A DNA stretch of 64,000 nucleotides from Chiloscyllium plagiosum (taxonomy: Eukaryota), in assembly GCF_004010195.1 (NCBI RefSeq), contig NC_057754.1:8403023-8467022 (forward strand), given 5' to 3'. The position numbers and the translations under genes are program-made. Shown in pieces: positions 1 to 11,334 of this stretch; position 1 is the first letter of the stretch, and every line of letters starts with the position of its first letter. The notes below the pieces were generated by a model, which saw only the letters and a program-made list of their open reading frames with translations, made no database searches and was not told the DNA's origin.

Positions 1-560
1 CACCCCCCAACCCCACCCCTACCCACCCCCAACCCCACACTCTCTTCCATCCCCACCTACTGTCTGACCTACGTTGTGCCGCCATCCTCCCCCCCACCAA
101 CTCTCCGGGGCAGTCAGACTGTATACCAACATTAAGACTGCTGCTGCCTTTGTGGGGTAGGTCTCCAAGTTGCGCACACAGCCACACACACAACTTTTTA
201 CTGCAACCTTTAGACAGGTTCCATCTCTGCCCTGTACAGGACAATGTTGGAGAGATTATCTGGGGAAGGGGGGATTTTGGGTTCACCCTTGTGTAGGACT
301 CCAGGGAAAGTGTAGGGGGCGGGAAGAGAGAGAGAGAGAGAGAGGGCGAGAGGTCAGTCATTTAGCGACGGTGCTTGGACTGTTCTCAACAGCATTTCAG
401 TGAGCCGAGTTCGTTTTTAATCATTGTACCTGTAAACAAGAGACACAATCAAGGTTGAAACAGCTCTTTGATGCAATGATTCTATTGGGAACTCAAGCTC
501 TCCTTCGGATAATCCGAAATACGGGGTAATTGATATTTGGATAATCGAGGTTCCTCTGTA
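1..560. mobile_element. Right end of a pogo/Tigger-like (Tc1/mariner superfamily) non-autonomous DNA element; left end not located
   Basis: Terminus ...GGATAATCGAGGTTCCTCTG followed by TA (559-560), i.e. a TIR reading CAGAGGAACCTCGATTATCC, plus a subterminal palindrome TTCGGATAATCCGAA at ~504-518. No partner TIR seen, so the start coordinate is a placeholder. Confidence 0.5.
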
Positions 561-904
561 TACACCACAGCCGCCATCCTCCACTGTGGAGGACCCATCT
601 ACATAGATTTTGACTGTGGTTTCTATCTGTCTATTCTTTTGTCTCGTCCCTCATGCTGCTTTGGGATGAAAGGATCAGTGGGGTATGTTGCTGTTATTCA
701 TAGAATCCCCACAGTGTGTAAACAGGCCCTTTGGGGGGATTCAAGATGGCAGCAAACCAGTAGGTCTGCTTTGCTGAGCTCCGCACCAGAGCCCAAAGTG
801 GGACACTCACCCTCTCTTCACTGTCCAATTTGTTGAAAGTAGCTATTTCCTCACCCTTGGAACTATTTAGCACCAGTTCTGAGCAGTTTGGTGCAGTTTA
901 AAAG

Positions 905-2054
905 ATGACTCAGGGGAAAGGAGCACGGGGCTCGCAGCAAGCAGAAACCCTCCCCCCCCCCGCAGCAATGGATGCACCCGTAGCCATGACTTAGGCCTCC
1001 GCGGCTGCCTCAGAGGATTCACCTGCAGAGCGGAGCCTGATCTCAGAGTTCGCAAAACTCCAAGAGAAGATTGACTCATCGATGGAAGAGACCCGGGCCA
1101 GGCTGGAATTGATCCCGATCATGCTACAGAGGCATGACCTGAAGATCCAGATTCTCAGGCAGCGTGTTAGAGGAGCGGAGCAAAGGGCCACAGCTTCCGA
1201 GACCATGGACGAATCCTTAGTGGGCCTGGTTCAGGCTCTGGAAAGTCAAGTGTGGGCCTTCGAGGTCGTCGGAAGAATATTCGGTTGCTGGGGCTTCCCG
1301 AACGGGAGGAAAAGGCCAGCTAGTCAGCTTTCTGGAGCAATGGCAGGTGAATCCTCTGGGGCGGTCGCAGAGGGCGATGCCATGGCTACGGATGCATCCA
1401 TTCTTGGGGGGGAGGGGGGTTCTGCCTGATGCGAGCCCCGTACTCCTTTCCCCTGAGTCATCTTTTAAATCTTCTAAGGCTGGAGGCTAAGGTAGGCCGG
1501 GTGCAGGTCGAGCAGGCCCACTGGGTCGCAGTACGCAGGCCCGGATCAGACCAGCGCCCCCGCCTGGTCCTAGTGTGACTCCAGCATTATAGAGCTGAAA
1601 ATGTGTTGCTGGAAAAGCGCAGCAGGTCAGGTAGCATCCAGGGAACAGGAGAATTGGCGTTTCGGGCATAAGCGATTCTCCTGTTCCCTGGATGCTGCCT
1701 GACCTGCTGCACTTTTCCAGCAACACATTTTCAGCTCTGATCTCCAGCATCTGCAGACCTCATTTTCTCCAGCATTATAGAGACAAACGAATGATGCTGG
1801 AAGCCTCTAGAGCACAGGGAAAGGATCCCCAGGCTATGGTACATAAAAGATCACAAATCATGCTTTTTCAGGACTTTTCCCCAGTTGTGATTTGCAAGAG
1901 GAAGGCCTTTGATGAGGTAAAAAGGCATCTGAGGGACCTGAATATCCAGTATTCCGTTAGATATCCGACAATATTGCGTTTCAGCCACAGAGGGTCCGTG
2001 TTTAACTTTGATTCACCGGAAAAGGCAAAGAATTTATTGGATGCTCTAAAATAG
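905..2054 (+). pseudogene. L1 ORF1p (disrupted)
   Basis: ATG at 905, coiled-coil-like segment (ORF 1082-1429), and C-terminal motif IMLFQDFSPVVICKRKAFDEVKRHLRDLNIQYSVRYPTILRF typical of L1 ORF1. Broken by frameshifts and two insertions. Confidence 0.8.
1592..1770. mobile_element. Penelope pLTR-derived hairpin element, family A
   Basis: Inverted arms (GAGCTGAAAATGTGTTGCTGGAAAAG...CTTTTCCAGCAACACATTTTCAGCTC). Flanking duplication CTCCAGCATTATAGAG at 1579-1594 and 1767-1782. Confidence 0.8.
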
Positions 2055-2662
2055 ACTGATTTGGCCTGAATTATATGGACAATTATTCTATTCTGCCTTT
2101 TTTATTCTGTAATTTGCCTGGTTTACCTGGTTGTCGGGGAGTGATCTTGGTCTTCCTTTCAATATATGTCAGGGTCATAACTATCTCTTTTCCTTTTTTG
2201 GTGTTCCCTCTCCCCACTCTTCTCCTCCCCCTCATCCTTTGTTTGGATGGGGGGGAGGGGCGGTGAGGGGAAGTGGGGAGAGATTCTTTTTGTTGTTCTA
2301 CCAGGACTGCCTAGGAATACAGTATTGGAGGGGATGGGTTGGGTGCCCACTTTTAACTTTGTTGTCATAAGATATTGGAATTTTTTTACCTTACTTTGTG
2401 GTGTCCGGGGTGGGGACATGGTTTCAGCAAAAGGAGTCATGGTAGGATTAATGGGTGGTATGAGCGCTCCCTGTGGACAAGGGGGAAAGTCTCCTTTCAG
2501 TTATGTTTTATGCTGTTATGTTGTAGACATAGTTGTTAGAAGTTTTGATTTAGTCCTTTTGGAAGTTGCACTTTTAAACTTATATGTACTGGTTATGGTT
2601 TTCACTTGGCGCAATGAGTAGGATTCTTCTTCCTCGGGGGGGGGGATCTTGGACTGTTTCAG

Positions 2663-5600
2663 ATGATCATGGCTAGCCATTCGTTTAAATGGTGCACCTG
2701 GAATATTAAGGGGAGTCGCTCACCAATTAAGAGAAAAAAGATACTGTCAAGCCTTAGAAAAGAGAGGGTTGATGTAGCCTTGTTACAAGAAACACACTTA
2801 ACTGATAAGGAACATTTGAAGTTGCAATAGAGAGGATTCGGCAAGCAGTTTTTCTCATCTTTTAACTCGAAAAACAGAGAAGTGGCTATTCTCATCCGGA
2901 AGAACCGCCCGTTTCAAATGCTCGGCCAAATAAAGGATGAGTCCGGGAGGTTCATAAAGCTTTAATACATGGAGAGAAGAATGGGATCCTGAATATACAC
3001 TGTCCCCTGGCACATCCCTTTAAATTTGTAATGGATGCACTCTCTAGATTGATGGCCCTTGGGGTGCATCATACAATCACAGGGAGAGACTTTAACTGCA
3101 TTATTGACCCTGAGGTGGACAGGATGCCTTGGGGTCTTGTGGATAAGTCTCCTCAACCCAGGCAGTTGGTGGACTTGAACAAGGAGTTGGGGTTGGTGGA
3201 TGTATGGAGATGTCTTTACCCCGAAGGTAGGGATTTTCCCATTTTTTTCCAATCCACATTAGTGCTATACAAGAATTGACATGTCTTTTGTCCCATCGGC
3301 CTTTTTGAACTTGATACTGTCCTGCAGAATAGGGACTACAGGCGTTTCTGATCACGTGACAATGTTTATGGAGGTCAAGACCGGAGGTGGTGGGGCGGTT
3401 TCCCGGCACTGGTGCATGGTCCCTTTCCTCCTGAAAGATAGCAAGTTTATACAGTATTTTTTGCAGGAGTTTAACATTTTCTGGGATATCAATTTAGGCA
3501 TGGCCAGCAACCCATCGGTGCTGTGGGAGACTGCCAACGCCTATGCATGGTGTTTAATTATTTCTTACAGTGTGACCTTGTGAGGGGAGAACAGCAATGT
3601 TAGACCGAGGCTCGCCTGAAGGTGGCTGAATGAGCATAATTTGATAGGCTGTCCATTACTAAATTACAGAGAATTACAGCCCTCAGGGCTACTTTGAATG
3701 CTGCAATTACCCAAACAGCAAAGAGGGAAATCTCTTTTGCAAAACAGAGCTTATTTGAGTATGTTGATAAACCAGGTAGTTACCTAGCATAGCTGAAAAA
3801 TGCGTTGCTGGAAAAGCGCAAGTCAGGCAGCATCCAACGAGCAGGAGAATCTATGTTTCAGGCATAAGCCCTTCTTCAGGCTTATGCCCGAAACGTCGAT
3901 TCTCCTGCTCCTTGGATGCTGCCTGACCTGCTGCGCTTTTCCAGCAACGCATTTTTCAGCTCTGATCTCCAGCATCTGCAGTCCTCACTTTCTCCTAGAT
4001 ATCTAGCATACTTGGCCAGAAAGAAGAATGCCCCCCTATCTATCACAGGGAGTGCTGGTACTCTGACTTGCAATGCCAAAAAGATTAATGCAGCATTTAG
4101 AAAGTTTTATTTTGAGCTGTATCAGTCAAAGGGCTGTGAAGATAGAATGACGAAGATGGAGTTGTTTTTTAAGACCTTGGACCTTTTGGGTGTAGCCTCC
4201 GAGCAGACATCCTTTTCGAGTGCTCTACTTGACAATTCAAGAAGTTCAGGAGGTGATGAGGCTGCTCCAGAGTGGTAAAGCGCCCGGACCAGATGGATTT
4301 CAAAGTGAGTTGTATAAAGAATTTACAGACAAGCTGACCGGGCCACTCTTGGATATGTACAATTACTCATTCAGTCAGGGCTGCCTCCCATCTTCTTTGA
4401 GAGAAGCAAATATTTCTCTTTTCCTTAAGAAAGGAAAAGCCCCAGATGATTGCACTTCATGCAGGCCCATATAATTATTGAACGTGGATTTTACAATCCT
4501 GTCAAAAATGCTAGCATTAAGGCTGGGGAGGGTATTGCTGTTTATTGTAAAGGAGGAGCAGACGGGTTTTATAAAGGGTCGTAGGTCTACCAATAATATT
4601 AGAAGAGTATTAAATATGGTCCAAATATGTCAGCAAAGAGCGATTCTGGGTTTGGTAGTCTCCCTGGCTGCAGAGAGAACATTTGATCCGCTGGAGTGGC
4701 CGTACCTCTTTTATGTCGCGGAACGGTTTGGTCTTGGAGAGGCTTTTGCCAAATGAGTGGCAGTGTTGTATAGTGATCTGAAAGCAGCGGTTATCACTAG
4801 TAGTATAAAGTCAGATAATTTTAGTGTCGTCAGGGGCTGCCATCAAGGGTGCCCTCTCTCGCCACTATTATTTACAATGGTGATCAAGCCGCTGGCAGAA
4901 GCCATTCGCACAGATCCCAATATAACGGTCTTGGAGGTAGGATTAGGCAGGCATAAAATTACCCTCTATGCGGATGACATCCTTCTCTTTTTAACTGATC
5001 TAATGACACCCGTGCCTCACTTAATACAAATGATTAATCTGTTTGGTTTGTTTTCAGGGTATAAAATTAATTCCATGAAATCAGAGGCCATGACTGTGGG
5101 GGATCTTACTAGTATATCCAACTTTGGGGATGGAACCCGTTTCCCCTTCCCGTGGTCTCAGGAAGGTTTTCTGTATTTAGGCATTTTTATTACCCCAGTT
5201 TTTGATCAATTATATAAAGCCAATTATGAACAGCTGCTGGAGAAAATTAGGCAGGATCTTCAGTGTTAGGAAGATCTTCCGATGTCCTGGTTGGGCAGGA
5301 TAGCTCTGGTGAAGATGAACGTTCTTTCTCGTCTATTATATCCATGGGAATGCTCCCTTTGATGTTGCCAAGGCAAACACTGCACAGGCTTTGCAGCTGG
5401 CTCAGATCTTTTATTTGGCATCACAGGCAATCTCTTATTAAGCTGGATAAGTTGCAGCTTCCGCAAGTAAGGGTGGGTCTAGATTTTCCTGGATTTAGGA
5501 GGTAACAATTGAGTTCCTTGTTATCCTATGTTGCTGAATGGGCCGGTCACGATCCGTGATCAACCTAGCTAGACAGCGAGACCTCCCAGTCAAAATGCCC

Positions 5601-6663
5601 CCTCATGAATTTGTTGTTCGTGGACAAAATGAGAACTGTTATGGATCACTGTAAAAACCCGATTGTCCTAAACACAGTTAAAGCATGGAGAATGATGCGG
5701 CAGGGCGAGGGCAATTTACTAAAAACTTCCCCTTTCACTCCCATTATGGGAATGTTGGGATTCCAGCCCGGTCAATGGACTCTGGCTTTAAGCTCTGGGA
5801 GTCCAGAGGAATCTCCTATTTGGGAGAGCTATTTGACGGGGAGGTCACGATGTCCTTTGAACAGCTGAGTCAGAAGTTTGAGCTACCTAGGAAGGATCTT
5901 TTTCGTTACTTCCAGGTTAGAGACTTCGTACAAAAAAAAAAGACTACATTGATGGTTAATCCCTACAAATCGGACATGGAAAGAAGAGTACTCCGGTCTA
6001 CGGGCGCCCTCTCAGTTAGCACTCTCTATCACTTGTTAGGTAGTAATGTTTCGAAGGACATTGAACGGCTATGTAAAACCTGGACTCAAGAATCAGGGGT
6101 GGAAATCTCCTCAGAGATGTGGGAGGATATCTGGGAAAATGTTAGGAAGTTGTCGATTTGTAATATGACCCAGCTATTCAACTGAAGATACTCCATAGGA
6201 CCTCACCTGGCACCAGAACGGCTTGCAAAATTCAAGACAGTAGTGTCCCAAATGTAAAATGGAGGTTGGTACTCTTACTCATTGCTTGTGGTCATGCCAC
6301 AAAATCCGCAGGTATTGGGATGACACAGTGAGTGCTTTGATAAAGGTTTTGGGAACTGAGGTCAGCTTGGATCCAGTATCCCTCCTTTTGGGATTCCCAA
6401 ATCTTCCCTTCCGGGATGCGCATGGGAAGAAATTGTTTAATATTCTTTTTTTCTGCGCGAGGATGAATATTCTAATGAGCTGAGTGTCGGAGAGTCCCCC
6501 AGGACTCTTGAATTGGCATAGGATAGTTATGGAACACATCCCCCTGGACCTCCTTATGGATATAGTGCAGCAGAAAATTGAATTGTTTTACAGAACATGG
6601 TGGCTCTTTTTGAATAATATTGATATAAATATATCGGCTATATTATCCAGGGCCTTTGTTTAG
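2663..6663 (+). pseudogene. L1 ORF2p (APE endonuclease - reverse transcriptase - CCHC), disrupted
   Basis: WNIKG and ALLQETHL (EN start), GRDFNC, SDH; KAPGPDGF, QTGFIKGR, RGCHQGCPLSPLLF, LYADD (RT); CPKC...GTLTHCLWSC zinc knuckle at ~6244-6297. Many stops and frameshifts. Confidence 0.92.
3791..3995. mobile_element. Penelope pLTR-derived hairpin element, family A
   Basis: Same inverted arms. Flanking duplication TAGTTACCTAGCATA (3777-3791) / TAGATATCTAGCATA (3996-4010). Confidence 0.8.
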
Positions 6664-6932
6664 CCGTGGGGTCTATGTCTGTCAGTTTGGGGGCCCCTGG
6701 GAGGAAGAATCCCGAACAAATACGGGTCTATTCACTATTGCTCCCAGTGGTGGGGAGCTGTGATGACATTGCACTGAGTGTAGTAATTTAATTGAATATC
6801 ATTTAATTGCCTTGTTATAATTTGGTTCAATTTTATTTCATCTGTTTATTTATTTGTTCTTCTTTCTCCTTGGTTATTTATTGAACTGTAGTTTTTATAG
6901 GGTTATTTTGTTTTTTTTGTGTTTCTGTAGTC

Positions 6933-7097
6933 TGACCATAAGACCATAAGACATAGGAGTGGAAGTAAGGCCATTCGGCCCATCGAGTCCACTCCGCCAT
7001 TCAATCATGGCTGATGCGCATTTCAGCTCCACTTACCAGCGTTCTCCCCGTAGCCCTTAATTCCTCTAGACAACAAGAATCTATCAATCTCGGCCTT
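6933..7097 (-). mobile_element. CR1-clade LINE 3' end inserted in the L1 3'UTR
   Basis: GACCATAA tail repeats followed by the reverse-strand CR1 3'UTR motif GGCCATTCGGCCCATCGAG...CCATTCAATCATGGCTGAT, also seen at 12950, 16535 and 58770. Confidence 0.7.
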
Positions 7098-7218
7098 GTG
7101 GAGTAGAGTAGTAGTTTATTTTCTATTATTGCTATTATATTATAAAGTTGTCATACTATTTTGTATTGGTTTTGTAAAAACCCTAAAATATTTTTTTCAA
7201 TAAAAATATTTATTAAAA

Positions 7219-7420
7219 AAACAGGCCCTTCAGCCCAACAAATCCACACTGACCTTCTGGAGAGTAACCCAGCCAGACCCCTTCCCTATATTTACCCCTG
7301 ACTAATGCACCTAACTCACACATCCCTGAGCACTATGGGACAATTTAGCATGGCCAATTCACCCGAACCTGCACATCTTTGGATTGTGGGAGTACCCAGA
7401 GGAAATCCACACAGACACAG
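7219..7420 (-). mobile_element. HE1-type V-SINE split by the L1 (other part at ~699-731)
   Basis: Continues ...AAACAGGCCCTTC from 699-731; matches the other HE1 copies (GCAATTTAGCATGGCCAATTCACC...CCTGCACATCTTTGGA). Confidence 0.85.
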
Positions 7421-7424
7421 TCCT

Positions 7425-8310
7425 CCGATTCTTAAAACAACAAACCCAAACAAGTAGACACAACACACACCCAGGAACTCTAGCCATGCTACCATACATC
7501 AAAGACATCTCAGCGATAACTGTCAGACTGCTCTGACCCTTTGGCATCATGGTAGCCCACAAACTTCCCAACACACAAACAGAGACTGATGAACCTAATC
7601 AGCCAAATTAATGTCATTTACAAAATACCCTGCAAGGACTGTAACAAATACTACATTGGACAGACAGTCAGAAAACTAGCCACCAGGATGCACAAACACC
7701 AGCTAGCCACAAAAAGACATGACCCGCTATCACTAGTATCCTTACACACAGATGAAGGAGGACATCACTTTGACCGGGACAACAAATGCATCCGAGGACA
7801 GGCTAAACAGACACGCACAGGAACTCCTTAGAGGCCTGGCATTCAAACTGGAACTCCATCAATAAACACATCAATTCGGACCCCATTTACCAACCTCTGA
7901 GACAAAGAACCGGAAATGATATCACCCACCACAACAGACCAAGACACACAAATAGAAAGCGGGACAGACACCAGCGCTTCACTGGAGGCTCACTGATGAT
8001 GTCAGTGTCAAAGGTTGTGGTGCTGGAAAAGCACAGCCAGTCAGGCAGCATCCGAGGAGCAGGAGAACTGACAAAGAGCTTATGCTCGAATCGTCGAGTC
8101 TCCTGCTCCTCAGATGCTGCCTGACTGGTTGTGCTTTTCCATCTCCACACTCTTCGACTCTGATCTCCACCATCTGCAGTGCTCACTTTCTCCCAGCTCA
8201 CTGATGATGTTACCTAGCATGGTGACGAAACGTCTGAAAACAAACCTGCCAGCTCAATGAGCAAACTTACAGTCTGAACCTCAACCTGAGCTACAGATCT
8301 TCTCAAAAAT
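7425..8310 (+). mobile_element. Penelope-like element, 3' part (GIY-YIG endonuclease + pLTR)
   Basis: VIYKIPCKDCNKYYIGQTVRKLATRMHKHQ (GIY-YIG), followed by a pLTR with a hammerhead core at 8201-8234. A family A hairpin is nested at 8003-8195. Confidence 0.88.
8198..8237 (+). ncRNA. Minimal type I hammerhead ribozyme in a Penelope pLTR
   Basis: TCA-CTGATGA-T-GTTACC-TAGCAT-GGTGAC-GAAAC-GTC-TGA: conserved core, 6-bp stem II, palindromic ACGT stem III, short stem I. Confidence 0.75.
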
Positions 8311-8337
8311 CATATGTTTTCTTCTTCTGGAGGCTTC

Positions 8338-8937
8338 TTCTGGAGTACTGTGTGCAGTTCTGGTCACCCTGCTACAGGAAGCATATTATTAAACTGGAGA
8401 GGGTTCAGGATGTTGTCAGGAATGGAGGATTTGAGGTATAAAAATAGACTGGAAAGACTGGGAGTTTTTTTCACTGGAGTGTGAAAAGTTGAGGGATGAC
8501 ATTAATGAGGTTTATAAAATCAAAGGATATGGATAAGGTGAATGACAAGGGTCTCTTCTTTAGAGGGAGAGTTCAAAATGGGGGGGTATTTTTAAGGTGA
8601 AGGGAGAAATATTTAAAAGGGACGTGAGGGGTAACTGTTTTAGACAGGGAGTGGTTTGTGTTTGGAGTGAACTGCCAGAGGAAGTGGTGGATGCAGGTCC
8701 AGTTACAATGTTTAAAGGACATTTGGATAAGATTTTTAAATTAGATTCCCTACAGTATGGAAACAGGCCCTTCGGCCCAACAAGTCCACACTAACCTTCT
8801 GAAGAGTAACCCACCCTAGACCCATTCCTCACATTTACCCCTAACTAATGCACCTAACATTATGGGCAACTTTAGCATGGTCAATTCACCTAGCCTGCAC
8901 ATCTTTAGATTGAAAGAGGAAACCGGAGCACCCGGAC
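8338..8937. mobile_element. CR1 RT C-terminal fragment (+, 8338-8730) followed by an HE1 SINE fragment (-, ~8735-8937)
   Basis: LEYCVQFWSP coding sequence and a WSELPEEVVDAG motif; HE1 tail TTAGATTCCCTACAG. Confidence 0.8.
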
Positions 8938-9251
8938 ATGCGGAATTTTGCATGCCCTGTGGAATGAATGTTACCTGCCAAAAGAAAAGGAGGTCAAGAG
9001 GATGTGACCATAGCTGGGGCTTTCTCAGCTGGAATTCCCATCTTCCTGCTTTGTTAATCAATGGGATTTTTATGCTGAAGTGAGGAGGTTTCCTTGTCCA
9101 AGTTAACGGAGAGGAAACTGCAGGAGAAATCCATACAGACACTGGGAGATGTATTTAAAACTTTAATCCCAAAATTAAAAGTTATATTTGAACACATGAA
9201 CTTTGAACTCAATACTCACACAGAGTTTATCATGAACAGAATGATTTCTAC

Positions 9252-10244
9252 TCAATCCTGAACATGTTCAACAGAAGCAGTAACTGCACCATCCAAAGGC
9301 GGCAGACACTTATGAACTTTCTGATGTGTCTGCAGGTTGGACTGCTGAGTGAATCCCTTCCCACACCCAGTGCAGGTGAATGGCCTTTCTCCAGTGTGAG
9401 TGCGTTGGTGTATTAGTAGAGTGAAAGATTTTGTGAACCTCTTCCCACACACTGAGCAGCTGAATGGTCTGTCACCTGTGTGAACTCGTTGGTGCGCACT
9501 GAGGTCAGAAGACTGCCTAAACCTCTTGCCACAGGAGGTGCAGCTGAACGGCCTCTCCTCAGTGTGAATTCGCTGGTGTCTCTGGAAACTGGATGACCCA
9601 GTGAATCCCTTCCCACACACAGAGCATGTAAATGGTCTCTCCCCAGTGTGAATTCGCTGGTGTTCAGTGAGACTGGAGGAACGTGTGAATGTCTTTCGAC
9701 AGTAAGTGCAGCTGAAAGGCTTCTTCTCAGTGTGTGCTTGCTGGTGTGATCTAAGACTGGATGACCAAGTGAATCTCTTCCCGCACACTGAGCAGGTGAA
9801 CGGCCTCTCCCCAGTGTGGATTCGCTGGTGTTCAGTCAGGCCAGATGGCAGTCTGAACTTTTTCCCACAATAGGTGCAGCTGAATGGCCTCTCTTCAGAG
9901 TGAACTTGCTGGTGTGCAGTGAGGTGGGATGACTGCCTGAATCCCTTTCCACAGCAAGTGCAGATGAATGGCCTCTCCTCAGTGTGAGTTCGCTGGTGTG
10001 ACAGGAGACATGCTGACTTTGTAAATCCTTTACCACACACAGAACAAGTGAAGGGTCTCTCCCCAGTGTGACTTCGTCGATGAATTTCTAGTAGAGATGG
10101 ATAATAGAATCCTTTACCACAGTCTTCACATTTCCATGGTCTTTCCATTGACCCAGGCCCAGCATGACTACGTCGGTGGATTTCTAGCAGGGAAGGGTAA
10201 TTGAATCCTTTACCACAGTCCTCACATTTCCATGGTTTCTCCAT
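9252..10244 (-). CDS. C2H2 zinc-finger protein, 11 fingers, 330 aa, no effector domain visible
   Basis: Uninterrupted ORF with 11 CX2CX12HX3H repeats and TGERP-type linkers. Good Kozak context (ACCATGG). Splice acceptor TTTTACAG|G at 10598 with a TACTGAC branch motif at 10629-10635. Confidence 0.93.
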   Translation of the reverse strand: MEKPWKCEDCGKGFNYPSLLEIHRRSHAGPGSMERPWKCEDCGKGFYYPSLLEIHRRSHTGERPFTCSVCGKGFTKSACLLSHQRTHTEERPFICTCCGKGFRQSSHLTAHQQVHSEERPFSCTYCGKKFRLPSGLTEHQRIHTGERPFTCSVCGKRFTWSSSLRSHQQAHTEKKPFSCTYCRKTFTRSSSLTEHQRIHTGERPFTCSVCGKGFTGSSSFQRHQRIHTEERPFSCTSCGKRFRQSSDLSAHQRVHTGDRPFSCSVCGKRFTKSFTLLIHQRTHTGERPFTCTGCGKGFTQQSNLQTHQKVHKCLPPLDGAVTASVEHVQD

Positions 10245-11334
10245 GGTGCTAATATCCTTGTGTTTCTCCAGGTTGAATGATTAGTGCAGGCCTCTCCCAC
10301 ATACAGAATGTGTGTGAGGTTTCTCCCAGCTTGAATAGTGCAATATTTTTTCAAACTGCTTAACTGGTTAAAGTTCTTTCCTTAGTTAATTCACTGGGGT
10401 ACTCCCACTTAGGCATGTCAGTACTTTTCCAATCACACTGATGTTTAAAATCTCTTTGAGGAGACAGATCAGATGAACATCTCTTCTTCCAAGTTTAAAA
10501 GCCAGTAGTATTCAGATCCTTGTGGATCAAAGGACTCTGTCAGATCTTGATGTAAAGTTTGTTTTGAGGTTTTTGAGCAAATCTCCCCTTTATTATCCTG
10601 TAAAAGGAGTTTGCAAAAGTAATTCACTGTCAGTATAGGATGGAAATTCAGAATAGATTATTCCAGTTCCTGTGATTCCATTTTTCCTTTCTTGTTTCCC
10701 CAAAAGTCCCACACACTGTCTCTCATTCCTAGGTTGAAATCCAAACCCATCACCCTCACCATTTTTTCTCTCCATGGTAATCCAGGATGGAGGACAGGAA
10801 AAAATTGTGGCTGTAAGAGCTGCTCCTTTTTTGAGGCATTTTGAGGTGTTGGAGGTGATTTCCTCAAATTCCAGGAGCAGCAATTACAATTTTATGTGGT
10901 GTTGTATTCTTTGGATGTTTGGGGGGAGAAAAGGTCAAAACAACGGCACTTTAAAAAGGTGGAAGAATAACAAAGGCAGCGACCACACGATCAGAGAAAG
11001 AAACCTGTATTGCTGTCTGACACAGCAGCGAATCTGCACAGTTACTGCCTTCGCTGTTTGTGTTCAAACATCTTTGGACATCAGAGTGTGTCTAGGCTGC
11101 CAGAGGAAGTAGTGGATCCTGGTACAATTACAACATTTAAAAGGCATCTGGATTGTAAGAATTGTAAGACTTTGGAGGGATATGGGCCAAGTGCTGGCAA
11201 ATGGGACTAGATTAGATTAGAATGTCTGGTCGGCATGGATGAGTTGGAGCAAAGTATCTGTTTTTTCTCCTCTGTCTAACCTCAGCTTCTCAGCTCCTTT
11301 CGCCAGACAGTCTCAGACCAAGAGTCAATCATCT

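Larger units (their letters stand above)
732..7218 (+). mobile_element. Full-length, inactivated L1-clade LINE
   Basis: G-rich 5' end (GGGGGGATTCAAGATGGC), ORF1, ~600-bp spacer, ORF2 (EN-RT-CCHC), T-rich 3'UTR, AATAAA and A tail at ~7199-7220. TSD AAACAGGCCCTT at 720-731 and 7219-7230. Confidence 0.92.

Noticed and set aside
325..342. (GA)n microsatellites (also ~12820-12840) and the C-rich tract at 1-100
   Set aside because: Ordinary low-complexity sequence.
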